64,000 nucleotides of DNA from Lytechinus pictus (Eukaryota): NCBI RefSeq assembly GCF_037042905.1, contig NC_087251.1, positions 38,566,001-38,630,000 of the forward strand, given 5' to 3'. Positions 1 to 13,741 of this stretch are shown here, in pieces (positions within the stretch are counted from its first letter, which is position 1; every line of letters starts with the position of its first letter). Position numbers and translations under genes: made by a program. The notes below the pieces were generated by a model, which worked only from the letters and a program-made list of their open reading frames with translations, did not search any database and was not told where the DNA came from.

Positions 1-341
1 TGATTTGAACATTCCTACCAATTAAATCTTAGCGATCAGGGTTCAGATAGTGGAAGGACTACTGAAATAAAAATTCAGGCTAGTTCGAGCTTCCCTGTAG
101 GAATAAAAGCAAATTCAAATCCAAATCATAATGACGTCATCATCGGCTTTGACTTCAAGCCGATTTGGACTTTACTCAGACCACGAGGCCTGCCACAAAG
201 CAAAATGCGATTTATCGAAAAATTGCGTCGCATCGTATCGCATAGTGTGCACTGGGCTTAAGATGGAAAAAAAGGTGGGAGTGTCTTCATGGCGCAATGT
301 CAGTGTAAAGCTTTGTAAAAGGGAAAATGCTGATTTTAATA

Positions 342-357
342 GATGATATTGATGATG

Positions 358-388
<31 letters not shown>

Positions 389-445
389 GGATGATGATGG
401 TCATGTTGATGATGATGAAGATGATGATGATGATGATGATGATTG
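342..445. repeat. (GAT)n microsatellite
   Basis: imperfect gatgatgat run. Confidence 0.9.
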
Positions 446-511
446 ATTAATAATGATGGAACCTAATACATATATAAATCAAAGCCTTCCAATTCCATTG
501 CATTTCTACAG

Positions 512-796
512 ATCTTCTCGGTTGTTGATGGGGTAGTGAGACTCGACCTGTACAACACCCACGTGGAGCCCGAGCTCCACATCCAGGAGCTCCTGATCCA
601 GATGGAGATTGCTGAGCAAGCGGAGGAGCCTCATCTCTCTAAGGTGAATCGCTTACAGAGAGAGATGGCACGGGAAGAGACGCGAAGACAGCACATCGTA
701 CATCCCGATCAAGTACCACGGTCGTTCGAGGAAGACTCTTGGAGACAGATGAACGTTGGACAGGGTGATCAGGGGAGGCACAAGAGGAGAGGCAAG
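512..796 (+). CDS. TDRD9: TDRD9/spindle-E, internal exon (first in window; gene starts upstream)
   Basis: ctacag acceptor, AAG|gtgagg donor; IFSVVDGVVRLDLYNTH...RHKRRGK; in phase with next exon. Confidence 0.8.
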
Positions 797-954
797 GTGA
801 GGTGGTATCCAAATCAAAACCTTTGATTTTTTAAATCTTCTGTTTAACATAGAAGGTGGACGGTGGAAGAAGTGTTAGGTCGGATGAGCCACCTTTGTTG
901 ATTTGGATAAGAAAATTAAAAGTTTGGACTTGCTACTAGTCTTACTACCTTTTG

Positions 955-1215
955 TGGAGCGTTGGGGCCTTGTTGATTAGTATACCGACTTTGAAGCAAG
1001 AGAATCATGGGTTCTAATCCCAGCCCCAGCATAATTTCCCTCCACAAGAAATTAATCCATGAACTGCACCAAGCAAGGTTCATGGGTACCAGCAGGAATT
1101 AATTCCTCACAAAGCTGTCAGCACCAGAATCGGTAGACTAAGCTTAGCAGGGGTAACGTAGGAGCGCCTTGAACAGCTGACAAAGTGGATATGTGCGCTA
1201 TATAAATAACCTATT
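955..1215 (+). mobile_element. tRNA-derived SINE, diverged
   Basis: A/B-box-like head, similar to copies at 17929 and 54083. Confidence 0.7.
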
Positions 1216-1506
1216 TTTTGTTATGGTGGTGGTGGGTTTTTTTACTGCGTATAGTCCCTCTTTGTTATTACCTTTTGTTTATGTGGGTATTAAATGTTTT
1301 CACCCAAAAAAAAGAAGTAAAGTAGACAATGGCCCATATTCTGACGTCCAGTTTAACTATGGCATATTCCAACTCTGCTCTAATCATTGAAATATATTAT
1401 GAAATAACAATGTTTGATTTTATTTTCTTTACTGCACACTTTCCGCATGCTGTTATGGTGAAGAAAAAAAATTCTGATGTTAATTAAGTTTACTTTTTCT
1501 TCCAAG

Positions 1507-1577
1507 GTATATCTTCATGGTCCACACAGCCCATATGAGATCAATTTTGCCAGCATGACAAGAGTGGGTAGACTCAA
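1507..1577 (+). CDS. TDRD9: TDRD9 exon
   Basis: ttccaag acceptor, gtaagt donor; VYLHGPHSPYEINFASMTRVGRL resembles recalled TDRD9 VLHGPFNPYEL motif. Confidence 0.9.
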
Positions 1578-1873
1578 GTAAGTTCTATTAATTTTATCAA
1601 ATCTTATGCTCCTTGTGATAGAGTATCATTTTGATTGAAGAAAAGTAATAAATACTTTATAAAGTATAAGACCTTTAAATACCATTTTGAATTTAATTGC
1701 AGACATAAATGAATCATCAAATAAATTTTGTGTATTTACAGATATTTTGTTCTGCAAAGCCTACATTTATTGTATTATATTTCCTTTCCTCTTTTGCCGT
1801 GATATTTCAGCCATTTCACCCATTTACATTGTTACGTCATAACAATATGTACATTGACTATTACTACTACTAG

Positions 1874-2080
1874 GACATGCCGAGTTGACCGCAACAGCGT
1901 GAACTCTGTAGCTCTCAGCACAGAACCAGAAGACAAACACGAGAAAATGATGGTATCATCTCATGTAGGTCTGAATCCAACAGCTACCGTCCTCCAAGCC
2001 AGGAATACGACCTTGATGCCAAACATACCTGATCTACCTGCTCTAATCTGTATGCTCTTCGCTCCAACGATTGAGCTCAG
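1874..2080 (+). CDS. TDRD9: TDRD9 exon
   Basis: tag/gtatgt; TCRVDRNSVNSV...TTLMPNIPDLPALICMLFAPTIELR, matching recalled TDRD9 TSLMPHIPGLPALLSMLFAPVIELR. Confidence 0.93.
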
Positions 2081-2139
2081 GTATGTTGACCAAGGTCCTG
2101 TAACATAAATCTTATTGATTGATTGCGGGGCTGATATCT

Positions 2140-2567
2140 AAGATTGATATCCTCCAACCACTTGCAAGAACAAATAATGCTTTGAATTCTTTTGTGATAG
2201 TTTGTATCAAAGAATGGAATAAGTTCCCACAAAGCATTAGATCCAGTCCAACACTGCCCATATTTAAAAATTCATGTCGAAAATATTTATTTGCAAGATT
2301 ACAAAATATCTTAAATTGAATCTTGATAAACCATGTGTTTGTGTGTGTATGTGTGTGTGGATTTTTGTATGTATTATTTATTTACTCTCTAGATTATCAT
2401 TGTATACATTTTTCATCACATTCTTGTTGTAATGTTCTATAAAAGGGGTCCCTCTCACAAGCTCTGCATCTATGGGTTACCAAACCTATCATGTCTTCTT
2501 ATTTTTTGTTAATCTGTGTAATATGTCTCTTGTTTGATGGTTTAAATAAAACTTGAACTTGAACTTG
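2140..2567 (+). mobile_element. 3' end of an L2/CR1-group LINE
   Basis: KEWNKFPQSIRSSPTLPIFKNSCRKYL resembles the C-terminus of L2/CR1-type ORF2; 3'UTR ends aataaa + (acttga)n tail. Confidence 0.7.
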
Positions 2568-3031
2568 ATTTCATTGATTATTGTGTATGAATCATAGAAC
2601 TCACCCCCAAATCAATCACTAAGTTTCAGGCTTTGGAGGCCCAGGGGGGACTTTCATGATGTTATTTGGTACATGGAGATCAAATATGAAAAGTGTGAAG
2701 GCAAAAATTACAATGATTAAATAATTGCTTAAATTAAGTACCATACAATGGAGGGTATCTAGCATATTGCTCTTACATGTATTTTGATATCTGAATAAAA
2801 GTATGCTTGGAATACCACATGATCTTATGGATTTATCCTTTTAATGCAAAAATGCAATGTAGACTGTTATTACATGTTGTGTCAGATAAACAAACTTTTG
2901 ATGGATAAAACATCTGACAAGTCATTTCATGAAATGCTCCACCAGGCTTAATTTTCAGCTTCAGACTCCAAGACCGTTAATGAAATCCCCAATTCTTAAC
3001 AGTATTTGGATCATGGTTTGCATTTGAACAG

Positions 3032-3170
3032 AACGAATAGCAAGATGACCCGGTTGACTGGTCTACTGTGCGGACTCGGATGGGACCCCGTTGCTCAATC
3101 GCCCATGCTGCCTGATCATGATATAGAGCTTGCCTTTGATACAAAGATCAAGAAAGAAGATGTATCCAAG
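3032..3170 (+). CDS. TDRD9: TDRD9 exon
   Basis: cag/gtacct; TGLLCGLGWDP...LPDHDIELAFD, matching recalled TGVLCGLGWNP...LPEHDMELAFD. Confidence 0.93.
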
Positions 3171-3220
3171 GTACCTATCTTTTCCATATCTTCTAAATAA
3201 TTTGAGCATTTCACAGTATA

Positions 3221-3753
3221 CAGTGCGTCCCACAAAAAAGGAAACCAGTTTTCAGAGATGAATTACACAATTATTAAACATGTTTTTACTATGAATTTGA
3301 AACTTATGGTAAGAGTGGAATCTCATCTTTAATTTGAGACCAACAGCTTAGCAAATCATTCACACATGGCAGGTTACAAATAATAGATGTTGAGGCCTAT
3401 CAATAACAAATTGCGCAGAAACTCATGTAAGAATCTGAAGCGACTCTCATTTCAGGGATCAGAGAGAGAAACTTAACAGAATACAAAAAAATGATGATGA
3501 GTCAGTCGTCCAATAAGCGCAGTTGTCGTATCACAAACAAATCTTGTCCAATTTTTTTGCGCAACCTGATTTTGACATTGAAATTTCAAACTCCTCTTGC
3601 TCATTAATGCGTGAAGTGTTTGTCACATATTGGGTATCAAAATGTAGAGGAATAATTGAATTGTATGATGATGTAAATGAAATATCGTAATTAGTTTGAT
3701 TCTGAAGAAAAAAAGTTGTGGGAATCCCGGTTTCCTTTTTCTGGGATGCACTG
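3221..3753. mobile_element. Tc1/mariner-type MITE
   Basis: TA|cagtgcgtccca.aaaaaggaaacc ... ggtttcctttttctgggatgcactg|TA. Confidence 0.8.
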
Positions 3754-5135
3754 TATAAGCCTCCAATGTGGTGTGGTCCCGAGCCTCACTTTTTAAGCAG
3801 AGGGTCATGTATTTCAAACCCACGCCAGCAGTCCTGGTGGTTGTCTCGTAGAGATTGTTTGGAAGTTACAAGCGACTTTACAAACAACTGAATCAAAGTG
3901 CTGAATCAACATCAATGAAAATTTGGTGAACATCATTTACCACCAAAAAGGATCCCCAGTGATTTGTGAAAGTTTCTCGTAATTTGCGAACAGCTTTATG
4001 AAACATCCAACTGACCTGATAGTCTCATTTACATTTTACATCCTTGTATTATGAAATTTGTACAAATGATGATACAGAAACATCTTAAGTAATTAGAATT
4101 GATCAGAAAGAGAAAAAAATGTACCCACAATTTTGACACTAATGTCAGGACAGTATTTGATGCTGGTTTTTTTTTTTTACTTAAGCTAATCATTACATGC
4201 TCTCAAATGGAAACACAACAGAAACAAAGGAATCACTGTTAACTTCAAATTGGCAACTTTTTTTTTCAATATTTTGGTATCATTCATTTTGACTTATGAT
4301 ATGTCTAAGTTTATGATTGCTAATTTTAGGGACCTAATGAATGTTGTATATGTCTTTCCATCCTATGTGTGTGTTTCATTTAAAATTTTGGCTTATGTAT
4401 TGTTCACATTTTATTTTTGTTAAAGGATGAAATTAAAAAGAAAATTAACTATTGTGGCCATTTGAGAAGCAAATGCAGAATAACTTTGACCTTACAAAAT
4501 CTATACTATCTCTGTTTGATTATGTGTGTTTCATTAAAAATTTGATTGTGCTTTTATCATTTGTTTTGACTAATGCTATGTCCACATATTATTTTTTCAA
4601 AGTATGAGAATGAATATTGGAATCAGCAATGGTTGCCAATTTGAAGAGAAAAGGCAGAATAACTTTGACTTCATGAGATCACTGCTATCTCTTTTACTAT
4701 TGTGTGTTTCGCTTAAAATTGTGCTTTTATTATTCATTTTCACTCAAGTAATGTTCACACTTTATTATACCCCAGCCAAGCAATGTTTGAAGGGGGTACA
4801 TAGAAATCAGTGTACGGTTGGTTGGTCCCTCCGTTCGTTGCAAATCTTGCGCTTCGAACTACTTCCTCAATTTTTAACCAATTCTCATGAGATTTTGAAC
4901 ACCCGCTGCTCTTTTGCAAAAAGATATGCAATATGCACTTTTTTCGCATGTGTTGGACAAAGTCTTGCCATGGTAACGGTATATTGAAGCAAAAATTAGG
5001 CAAAAATCTTGCGTTTCGAACTACTTCGAACTACTTTTTAACTAATTCTCATGAAACTTGAGGAGGAAAAGTAGAGTAATGGTGATCTGTATGAAAGCTG
5101 TGTACCTCTTCTGTTCCTGTGTGTTTGTGTATTAG

Positions 5136-5251
5136 ATGAATGGACTGAGATTTGCTATCAACCTAGCTCTTGCCTCCAAAGATTACATAGCTCAGTGGGG
5201 AGCCAATGCTACACATCAGATTCAATGCCAGGCCAGGGATGCTCTCATTGG
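5136..5251 (+). CDS. TDRD9: TDRD9 exon
   Basis: tag/gtaaga; MNGLRFAINLALASKDYIAQWGANATHQIQCQARDALIG; phases 0/2 fit neighbours. Confidence 0.87.
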
Positions 5252-5974
5252 GTAAGATTCTACGCTGAAAACTTTTTTTCAAGAATTTACAGAATTTTAT
5301 TTCTCGCACCAGAACTGAAAGAATCCTAATGGCAAACGTCCATCCATCCTTCGTGCTTCGTCTCTCACAAATGTAAAGTTTACATGGAAAATTTGAAACT
5401 CTTACTAAACGTCTTCTGTAATCAATCAAGTACTTGTGTTGGTTCTTGTTTATCAATTTTGACAAGTCATATATCATTTTTGTCTCGCCTGAATAGCAGA
5501 AGCGAGACATGGGCACCACTTTTCCAACAGCCATGTCAGCATCGCCAATATTGGGATCTTAACCAAGGTTAAATTTGAAAGTAAATGGATCTATTTCTTA
5601 GGACTTGTGCATAAGGGTAATCAAGTATTTCTGACCATCTTGCTTGCTTTTCAGGTCATGTGACCAAGGTCAAAGGGTATTTTATAATTAAGCGAATGTT
5701 TTTTTTTAAATGATTTTTAAAATCTTAGTTGCCTTCAAACTCAGCAATGCTGCTATATTGATTCGCATAGTATAAGGTACTTTTCTAGCTCCATAAAAAT
5801 TTGTAAAATTCATTATGGTTGACTTCTTGTTGGTTTTCGAGTGGCAGATCACATATTTTACATCTATATAATTCAGGTCAATATGCCAGCAGCTAACTAA
5901 TTAGTTCTTTCTTTTGGCATGCTTTTATTCTGTTTAATAAACTCTCAATCGATCCTTTTTATCATTCATTTTAG

Positions 5975-6044
5975 ATTGTTCACAGCCAAACGCACACGTG
6001 TTGACAACCCAGTAAACTACCGACATTCCTATGCATGGGACCAG
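5975..6044 (+). CDS. TDRD9: TDRD9 exon
   Basis: tttag/gtaaat; LFTAKRTRVDNPVNYRHSYAWDQ (recalled PYEWNQ). Confidence 0.87.
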
Positions 6045-6059
6045 GTAAATATAACACTG

Positions 6060-8554
6060 GGGTCCATCTTACAAAGAGTTGCAATTGATCCGATCAATCA
6101 CAACTATGGAAAGCCAGCAACATCAACATCTAAAATACAAGTTTGTTCAATATATTTTCTAGAATTGAGGTATATTCATACATTCACTGTTTTTTCTTGA
6201 CAATTCAGTATGATTCTCTTTGTTTTCATAGGACATTGAGCAAATTTCCTGAAGGAAAAATTATAACATTGATGGATTTCCATATACTTGGGATTGATTG
6301 GATCAATCGTAACTCTTTGTAAGACGGGGCCCTGACATCCATCAATTCTTTAAAGTTGATGATATATCTTCAGTCAGAAAAAAGGTTATTTTACAGGTAT
6401 TGGATATCGTTGTCTCAATGCCTGTGATAAGTTAACCAACATCATTTCTGCAGTCAAGGGGGAACCAGGATTTTCCAAATGGGGGGGGGGGAGCATTTTG
6501 TACAGGAAAAATTATTCCCCAAAAAATATAGGATGTGCCCCCCCCCCCACCTGGATCCGCCACTGTCTGTAATTTTCATTCAGTTTGTTACATTCTTGAT
6601 TGAAATGTACCCATATTACCTTTTTATAGTTAAACTTCTTCAATAACATACTGTACATGTAAGTATTAGTGTGTGGCATTGCTATTAATCTGTTGGACAA
6701 GATGTAATTCCAGTTAACCCACATTTCCTGTAAGCCCTATCATGAGTTGTTGAAGTACACAATGCAGGCGAGACTTCCAGGGGCATTCCACTTGTTGTGA
6801 CATAGAGCCCTGTTTTTGCCTACCGGAGGTAGGACTCGAACCTGTTTGACAAGGGATGTCTGACCACCCACGCTGAAGTTTTAGGTCACCACCCACCTGT
6901 TACATCTAGAAAATTGCTTGGCTGAGGTCCGACTGAGGCCTACACATGTACCTGGGGTAGGGAAGTAAATTTCGATTGTTCCTTTCCGTGGTCAGTCCTG
7001 GGGCCTGTCTTACAAAGAGTTATGATTGATCCGATCAATTGCAACTATGGAAATCCAGCTACGTCAACTTCTAAATTGTCTGTTTGGTCCAAAAATTTTC
7101 GAGATATGATGCATATTTATACATTCAACTTTTTCTTGAACATACAGAAGACATTGTGCCAATATCCTGCGAAAAAAGTTATGACATTGATGGATTTCCA
7201 TATACCATTTCCATTGTATCATCGTAGCCCTTTGTAAGACGGGGGGCCCTGGGCTCCGTCTTACAAAGAGTTACGATTGATTCGATCAATCTCAAGTGTA
7301 TGGAAATCAATCAACGTCATAATTTTTTCTCTAGGAAATTTGCACAATGTCCTTTGAAAACAAAGAGAAGCAAACTGAATTTTGAAGAAAACTGAATGTA
7401 TGAATATACGTCATATCTGGAAAATATTTTGAACAAACATATATTTTAGATGTTGATGGCTTAACATAGTTGCGATTGATCGGATCAATTGCATCTCTTT
7501 GTAAGACGGGCCCCTGGTGTATTAAATTCCTGACCACTTTTGGTTCATCTGAAGGTAGAGACCATAATTTCAACTTCTAGAAACAATAAGGATTTGAAAG
7601 TGGTCTAGAACAAGTGGTGACTATCAGTGTCTTACTCAGGGCATACATAAATGATTTATTTGACCTACCCTGTTGAGCATTTTGGCCCAGTGGATTAGTC
7701 TCCAACTTTGAAACAGAGGGTCTTTGGTTCAAATCCCAGCCATGGCATAATTTCCTACAGAAGTTGATCCATATTGTGCTGCACTCAACTCAAGTGAGGT
7801 AAATGGGTACTCACTAGGATTGATTCCTTGGCCCCGTCTTACAAAGTGTTACGATTGATCCAATCATTGTAACTCTAAGGAAATCCATCAGTGTCGTAAT
7901 TTTTTCTACAGAAAATTTGCACAATGTCCTTTGTAAACAATGAGAAGCATAGTGAATTTTCAAGAAAACAAGGAATGCAAGAATATACATCATAGTTGGA
8001 AAATAATTTGAACGAACATTCATAATAGATATTGACGTTGCTGGCCATCCACAGTTGTGACTGATTGGATCAATCACAACTCTTTGTAAGACCCTTGAAT
8101 GCCCAATGCTGTAAATGGCAGCTTAATCTGAAGCCGTTAATGGTAATACACCTTGGAATAGATTATTCCTAGACAGAGGCCTTATTTTGATAACTATTAT
8201 TAGTAGTTGGTAATATTACCATCTGCCAAAAAAAGAGAAAAAGATATTGCACTATTGTTGTCAATGGGCATTCATGGTTTAAGAACAGGGCCCTGTCTTA
8301 CAAAGAGTTGCGATTGATCTGATCAACCTCAACTACGGATGGCCAGCAATGTCAACATCTTAAATCAAGTTTGTTCAAGATATTTTCTAGATATGATGCA
8401 TATTCGTACAATCATTGTTCTTTTGAAGATTCAGCGTGATTCTCTTTCAAAGGAGATTGGGCAAATTTCCTGTAGAAAAAAAATTATGGTATGGATGGAT
8501 TTCTTTATAGTTGATATTGATTGGATCAATCGTAACTCTTTGTGAGATGGGGCC
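6060..8554. mobile_element. Cluster of five ~260-bp MITEs of one family (6060-6331, 7001-7248, 7252-7513, 7830-8091, 8289-8554), PIF/Harbinger-like
   Basis: TIR ggg(c/t)ccgtcttacaaagagttgcgattgatc; 3-bp CWG TSDs; partial copy also at ~17780-17924. Confidence 0.85.
7674..8200 (+). mobile_element. tRNA-derived SINE interrupted by a MITE
   Basis: same head/body as SINE at 17929, split at ccttg by the 7830-8091 MITE. Confidence 0.75.
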
Positions 8555-9241
8555 CAGATGCTTTCTTTAGAAAATTGCAGGCTTGACAGACAGCCAGTGA
8601 TGTTTGCAAACAGGAACCCAAGTAATGTAGTTATATTATTGGCGATCTGCTAGATAAATATGATCAAAATTGATCAATATTCAAGACTATTGATATTATC
8701 GCCAAATTATAGGCATCAAATGTTTTAGTGAAGACAGCACATCATCGTGCATTTTACACTGTAATTGGATCGTCTGTGATGATCCAGTGCTTCATCTAGC
8801 TGGTTCTCGCTGACTCACTTGTAATTATTTTTCACAAAAGATGAAACAGAGTTGGTTTTCATGTTGCATTTTTGGTTTTTTGGACCAGTAGGTTCAATTA
8901 TCTGCATTAATTCCTGAATGACGACAATGAATTAACATGATTACTGTGCATCCTCGTACCAAGCCTTGAAATAAGCAGCTGCAGACCGGGGGCAATTTTT
9001 CAAAAAAATTTCCCCCGGCTCACGGGCTTTTTACAGGAACCGGGGGCGATTAAAAATAATATATATAACGGTGAACCAGACCGCAAATTTTTTTATAGTA
9101 AGCGCAGCTCCTGCAATTTTTTAATTAGTACATGAATAGCATGCTAAGTATTAGGCTTATTCAAACATTTAAGAAATCAGATTTAAATGTTTAAGTGTGT
9201 TTTGACACCCTCACTCCACATCCCTTTTACAACCACACATA

Positions 9242-9852
9242 CCGTATGGGTACTAGTATTCAACCCGGCATAGTTCAAAGATTTTGACATATTCCCCAAA
9301 ATATTTAGAAATAGGGAATTTATCTTAATTTCATACCTTTGTTATTTCCAGGGTAATCTGTTGTCAGTATTTTCTTTATCAATCTGTCGACTGTATGTGC
9401 AGAGGATTGAATTATGCGGCGATGGCCTTTTGCACTGAATGGTACTAGTATTCAACCTAGTGAGGATTGATAGCAAATCTTAAAAGGGTTTGGATTGCTA
9501 AATTAGATCTAGATCTATGTAAGTCTCTTGCTTTGATTAATTCCCTGTTTGGTTTCATCTCAAATGGTCTAGTCCATAGTCGGTTGGGACAAGGTCAGAT
9601 TGAGAGACAGGGCCAAAGTTTCATCACTAGGTTGAATACTAGTGCCGACGGATTGAATACTAGTGCCAAAAACCGTCGTCGTATAATTCGATCGCCCGCG
9701 CACACAGTAAACTGGTTGAAGAAAAAAATAACGGAAAAGAATAACCAGCATTTGCTCTTGGAAATAAGACAGGTCTAAAATTCAGGTAAATTCTATATTT
9801 CTGTATATTTGAAGAAACTCTCCAAACGGGTTGAATACTAGTACCCTTACGG
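9242..9852. mobile_element. TA-target MITE (Tc1/mariner/pogo-like)
   Basis: TA|ccgtatgggtactagtattcaacccg ... cgggttgaatactagtacccttacgg|TA, with internal repeats of tactagtattcaacc. Confidence 0.8.
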
Positions 9853-10664
9853 TACATGGGCTTATTTATTTTTCATCTTTAATGAACCACGAACAATGAA
9901 CCCCCCCCCAAAAAAAAAAAAATAATGATAAAAATAAATGAATAAAATAAAAATATAAAAAAGAGAGAGATGAAGAAAGAAAGAATTCAGATCAAATAAT
10001 AATAAATTTAGAAAAAAATAAATAATTTTTAAGGTTTTTTTTCATAGTTAGAATCACGGGTGTGGGTGAGTGTTTGTGTGTGATTGTGACTGTGAGGTGC
10101 ACTTGGATTGCATATAAATTATGTTAAAGAAATGAAGAAATGAAATCAATATCTAACTCAGTCTATTCAAATTCCAGCACATAGCCACAGGCTATGTAGT
10201 GTATTGTAGGTTCATGTACCTTAAGTTTTTCACAAGTTATTTGAAAACGCAGACCCCACAGAAAATGCCTTTCATTCTGGGAGAGTCTAAATTTGGTGAA
10301 AATGTATTCATTAATAACTTAAATATTCATCACAATGAAGAAATCATAAAGTTTTTTGACATTTTTCAAAAATTAACATGAAATCTAAACTCTATCTGAA
10401 ACGGAAAATCACCATCACTTAGGCCATTACTGATAGAATTCTCACCCAGAGCTCTGGCAGAGAACATGAGCTCAAACTGGCTAGCTTAGACCACACTCAA
10501 GTGCACGGCGTCCTCCCGTTTTTTTTTAGATGGAGCCTTGTTTGATGATTTATTGTCTGATATTTACCCCTCTCCAAGAAAGAAATTAAAAAGCTACAAT
10601 TCACAACTATAGGCTAAGTGATTTCGGATTATTAAGGCTCCGTTTTCATTGTGAAGGAGGTGAT

Positions 10665-10936
10665 GAAATGAAAATGAAATGAAATCCATATGTTAATTTT
10701 CAAAATAGACATGTAATTAAATACCCCCAAAATTTGCTTTGCCCAATTGATCGTGGGCCCGGCAGCCACTGTGCAGCCCCAGATCAATGAGGCTGTATCC
10801 CTTTAATCGTTGAACGCCAAACAGGGTAGCAGCTACTCCCATCTTTTAATTTCTTTTGGTTTGATGCGGCCGGGTTTGAACTTCTGACCTTCCGGTTGTG
10901 AGACGCACACACTACCAACTGAGCCAACACACTGGC
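10665..10936 (-). mobile_element. tRNA-derived SINE of a second family
   Basis: minus strand tggctcagttgg (A box), agttcaaaccc (B box), (tttca)n tail. Confidence 0.65.
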
Positions 10937-12718
10937 ATGAAACCCTAATTGGAAAAGGCATTGTCTAGTATTTGTGATGTGTGCTGGGTAATATGGCCTG
11001 CTGGCAGTATTGTGGGTTGCACAAATTATCTACTACCATGGGTGTGTTTCACATAGAATGAAGTGTGACTTAAGAGTCGTACTCAGTTGGGTGCGTTATA
11101 AAACCCATCTTTGCATTGTTCAGATCATGCGTACTGGACACGCATTGCTGTGTGTCTATCAATCAGATAATGTATTATTAAAATAACATGTGAACGCTGG
11201 CATTTAAGCACGACTCTAAGTCACACTTCATTGTTTGTGAAACACCCCCAGGTTATTCCTTGCTTCAGAAATGTTTCCTATATACAGTAAATATTAATTC
11301 ATCACTTTCTCCCTGGTACATGTAATTTAAAGAAAAACAACTGTATTGAAATTCACTTCAATTTGTCTCGAGATCCCAGTTTATTTGAAAGATTGGCCGC
11401 TATGTAATACTAAATTTGTAAATGAATCAACATTGGTATTCTAAGAGTTGACAGGCAGAAAGCCTTGGCTTAAAAATTTGAATTTGAGAACAATGATGTT
11501 TAAGGATTTTTTTCAATCACATCTATCCAGGACTTGAGTGTAAAGTTTCTCATTTAGATTACGTATGATATTATAAGCAGGCATGGTTTACCTTCTTGCT
11601 GTAAGCGAATATATACAGCATTAAGAAAATGACTTGATATCACTGTTCTCAAAATCACTGATTGAGTTAAGACCTTTTTACTGTTATGTTCTTTGCAGGC
11701 ACAGGTGGGATTTGTCATTTTATTTTTTATGACACCTAGATAGATCCTTGCCATTTGATTGGTTGTTTGATATTGATCATTCGACCCATTTTACAATGAC
11801 ATCATCAAACATACAATTTGGCTCCATTCATTGTGCAATTTTGGATCCATACGATTTTGTCAATTGCACGCGTGCTAAGACCACCGGCATTACACGTGAA
11901 TTCATTCGCACTTGCAATGTGTATTACTGTGTATTTATGTGGCAATCTGCAGACTGCGCCCGCCCAGCTGCTTAAACTGTATGAACTTTGACTTCTAAAT
12001 TCTTAAATGTCAAATGACAAGGATCCATATTCAGATGTCATATAAAACAAAATAATGAATGTTTTGTCAATCGCGCAATGGACAGAATGTTTTATTCAGT
12101 GAGAGATGAAAAGGTTCAACCCAGCTACGCCTCATTGAATAGATCATCAACTTTCACCTCATGAAATATTCTGTCCATTGCACTCATAAACATTCGTTAT
12201 TTGTATACCATTGTATGTTTCTTGATTTTGTTGTAAACTGAATCTATTAGGTTATAAATGGTGGTTCATGTCATCTATTTTTTGTTAAATCCTACATACA
12301 TCCCTTTTGCTCCAACATGGTATTCATACTTTTCATGTGACATAGGCCGGTAGTCATTCCACAACACCGATTAGTGTAATTCTTTATAAACAGGTATTTA
12401 CAGTATAAGATGGGGTGCTTTCACCTTTTTAATATGGTTAATTTGGGGCATGGCATGATCTTTAGGTTTTAAAGAGATCGTGGTAAAATGTGAAGTGCAT
12501 GATTCAAGGAAGAGTAGCATTTGTATCATTTAATATTCCATTCATACATAAGTGTAGAGTCCAGTGTTTTTTTTTCCAACTGTTTACTATCAAAACTGCC
12601 ATTGTTTCATATCTAGCCCCCTTGCTCAGCTATTTTTTTCATGCCTGCAATTCAGAAGTGAAACGTAGATCTATGCCACTTTTCTAATGGTGGTGACTTC
12701 ATCAACATCAAATCTTAA

Positions 12719-13253
12719 AGGACAAGTCCACCCCAACAAAAATTTGATTTGAATAAGAAGAGAAAAATTCAACCAGCATATATAGCACTGACAATTTCGT
12801 CAAAATCGGATGTAAAATATTAAAGTTATGACATTTAAAAATTTTGCTTAATTTCACAAAACAGTTATACATGTATGCACACCCTGGTCGGTATGCAGAT
12901 TAGGGGACTGATGACATCATCCACTCCCTATTTCTTTTGTATTTTATTTTATAAAATGTGAAATATTCTAATTTTCTCCTTATTTTCATGTGAAACTAAG
13001 TTTTTTCCTCCTTGAACATGTGGAATTGCCAATATTATAACAATTTATGATTCAGTCCAGTTGGTCCTTATTGTCAAATCTGTAAAAATTGAAAAATTGT
13101 ATCATTCAAAAAATAAAAAGACAAAGGAAATAGTGAGTGAGGGACATCATCGACTCTCTCATTTGCATGTCACTGATTTGTGAAAAATAAGCGAAACTTT
13201 AAAACGTCAAAACTTTCTTATTTTAGATCCGATTTGGATGAAATTTTCAGCGT
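12719..13253. mobile_element. TTAA-target non-autonomous DNA transposon (Kolobok-like), truncated
   Basis: TTAA|aggacaagtccacccc; homologous to the complete copy at 30458-31046. Confidence 0.7.
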
Positions 13254-13410
13254 TCAAAGGATTAATGATAATGAAAAGTGTTTGATATTTCAATATGACA
13301 TCGTCAACATTCCTGCTGTATTGAATTCTGTCATTCAGGAGGCAAGACGGCCAGAGCTGTTCCACTTGTTATTTGAGTTGTTTTATGTTTTTGTTTTTGT
13401 TTAATCTCAG

Positions 13411-13586
13411 CTTGATGAGGCATCCATCATGCCTATCATGAAGGAAGACTTCACCGAGGATAATTTCCCAATGCTCTACCAGTTTCACAATGGTGTGTAC
13501 CTAGAGAGTCCTGAAGATCCTGAGGAAGATGAAGAGATAGCCAGGCTGAAAGAACATCTAGAGGATCTCCATGAGAGAGCAAGCAG
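13411..13586 (+). CDS. TDRD9: TDRD9 exon
   Basis: ctcag/gtaaga; LDEASIMP...MLYQFHNGVYL...HLEDLHERAS (recalled FLYQLH). Confidence 0.85.
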
Positions 13587-13741
13587 GTAAGACAGGCTCA
13601 CTGCATTCATTTACATTTGTTTTTCCATACACGGGAGAGAGGCATGGGCCTAGGGCTTGTGTTAGTCCAAGGCCACATCACCTGCTGTGCTGCCTGTGAA
13701 ATTCCCCTATTGAAATTCCCTGTTCAAGATATAATAACCCT

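Noticed and set aside
7022..8545. Family of similar small ORFs (MIDPIN...)
   Set aside because: Chance frames in repeated MITE copies with inconsistent starts and stops
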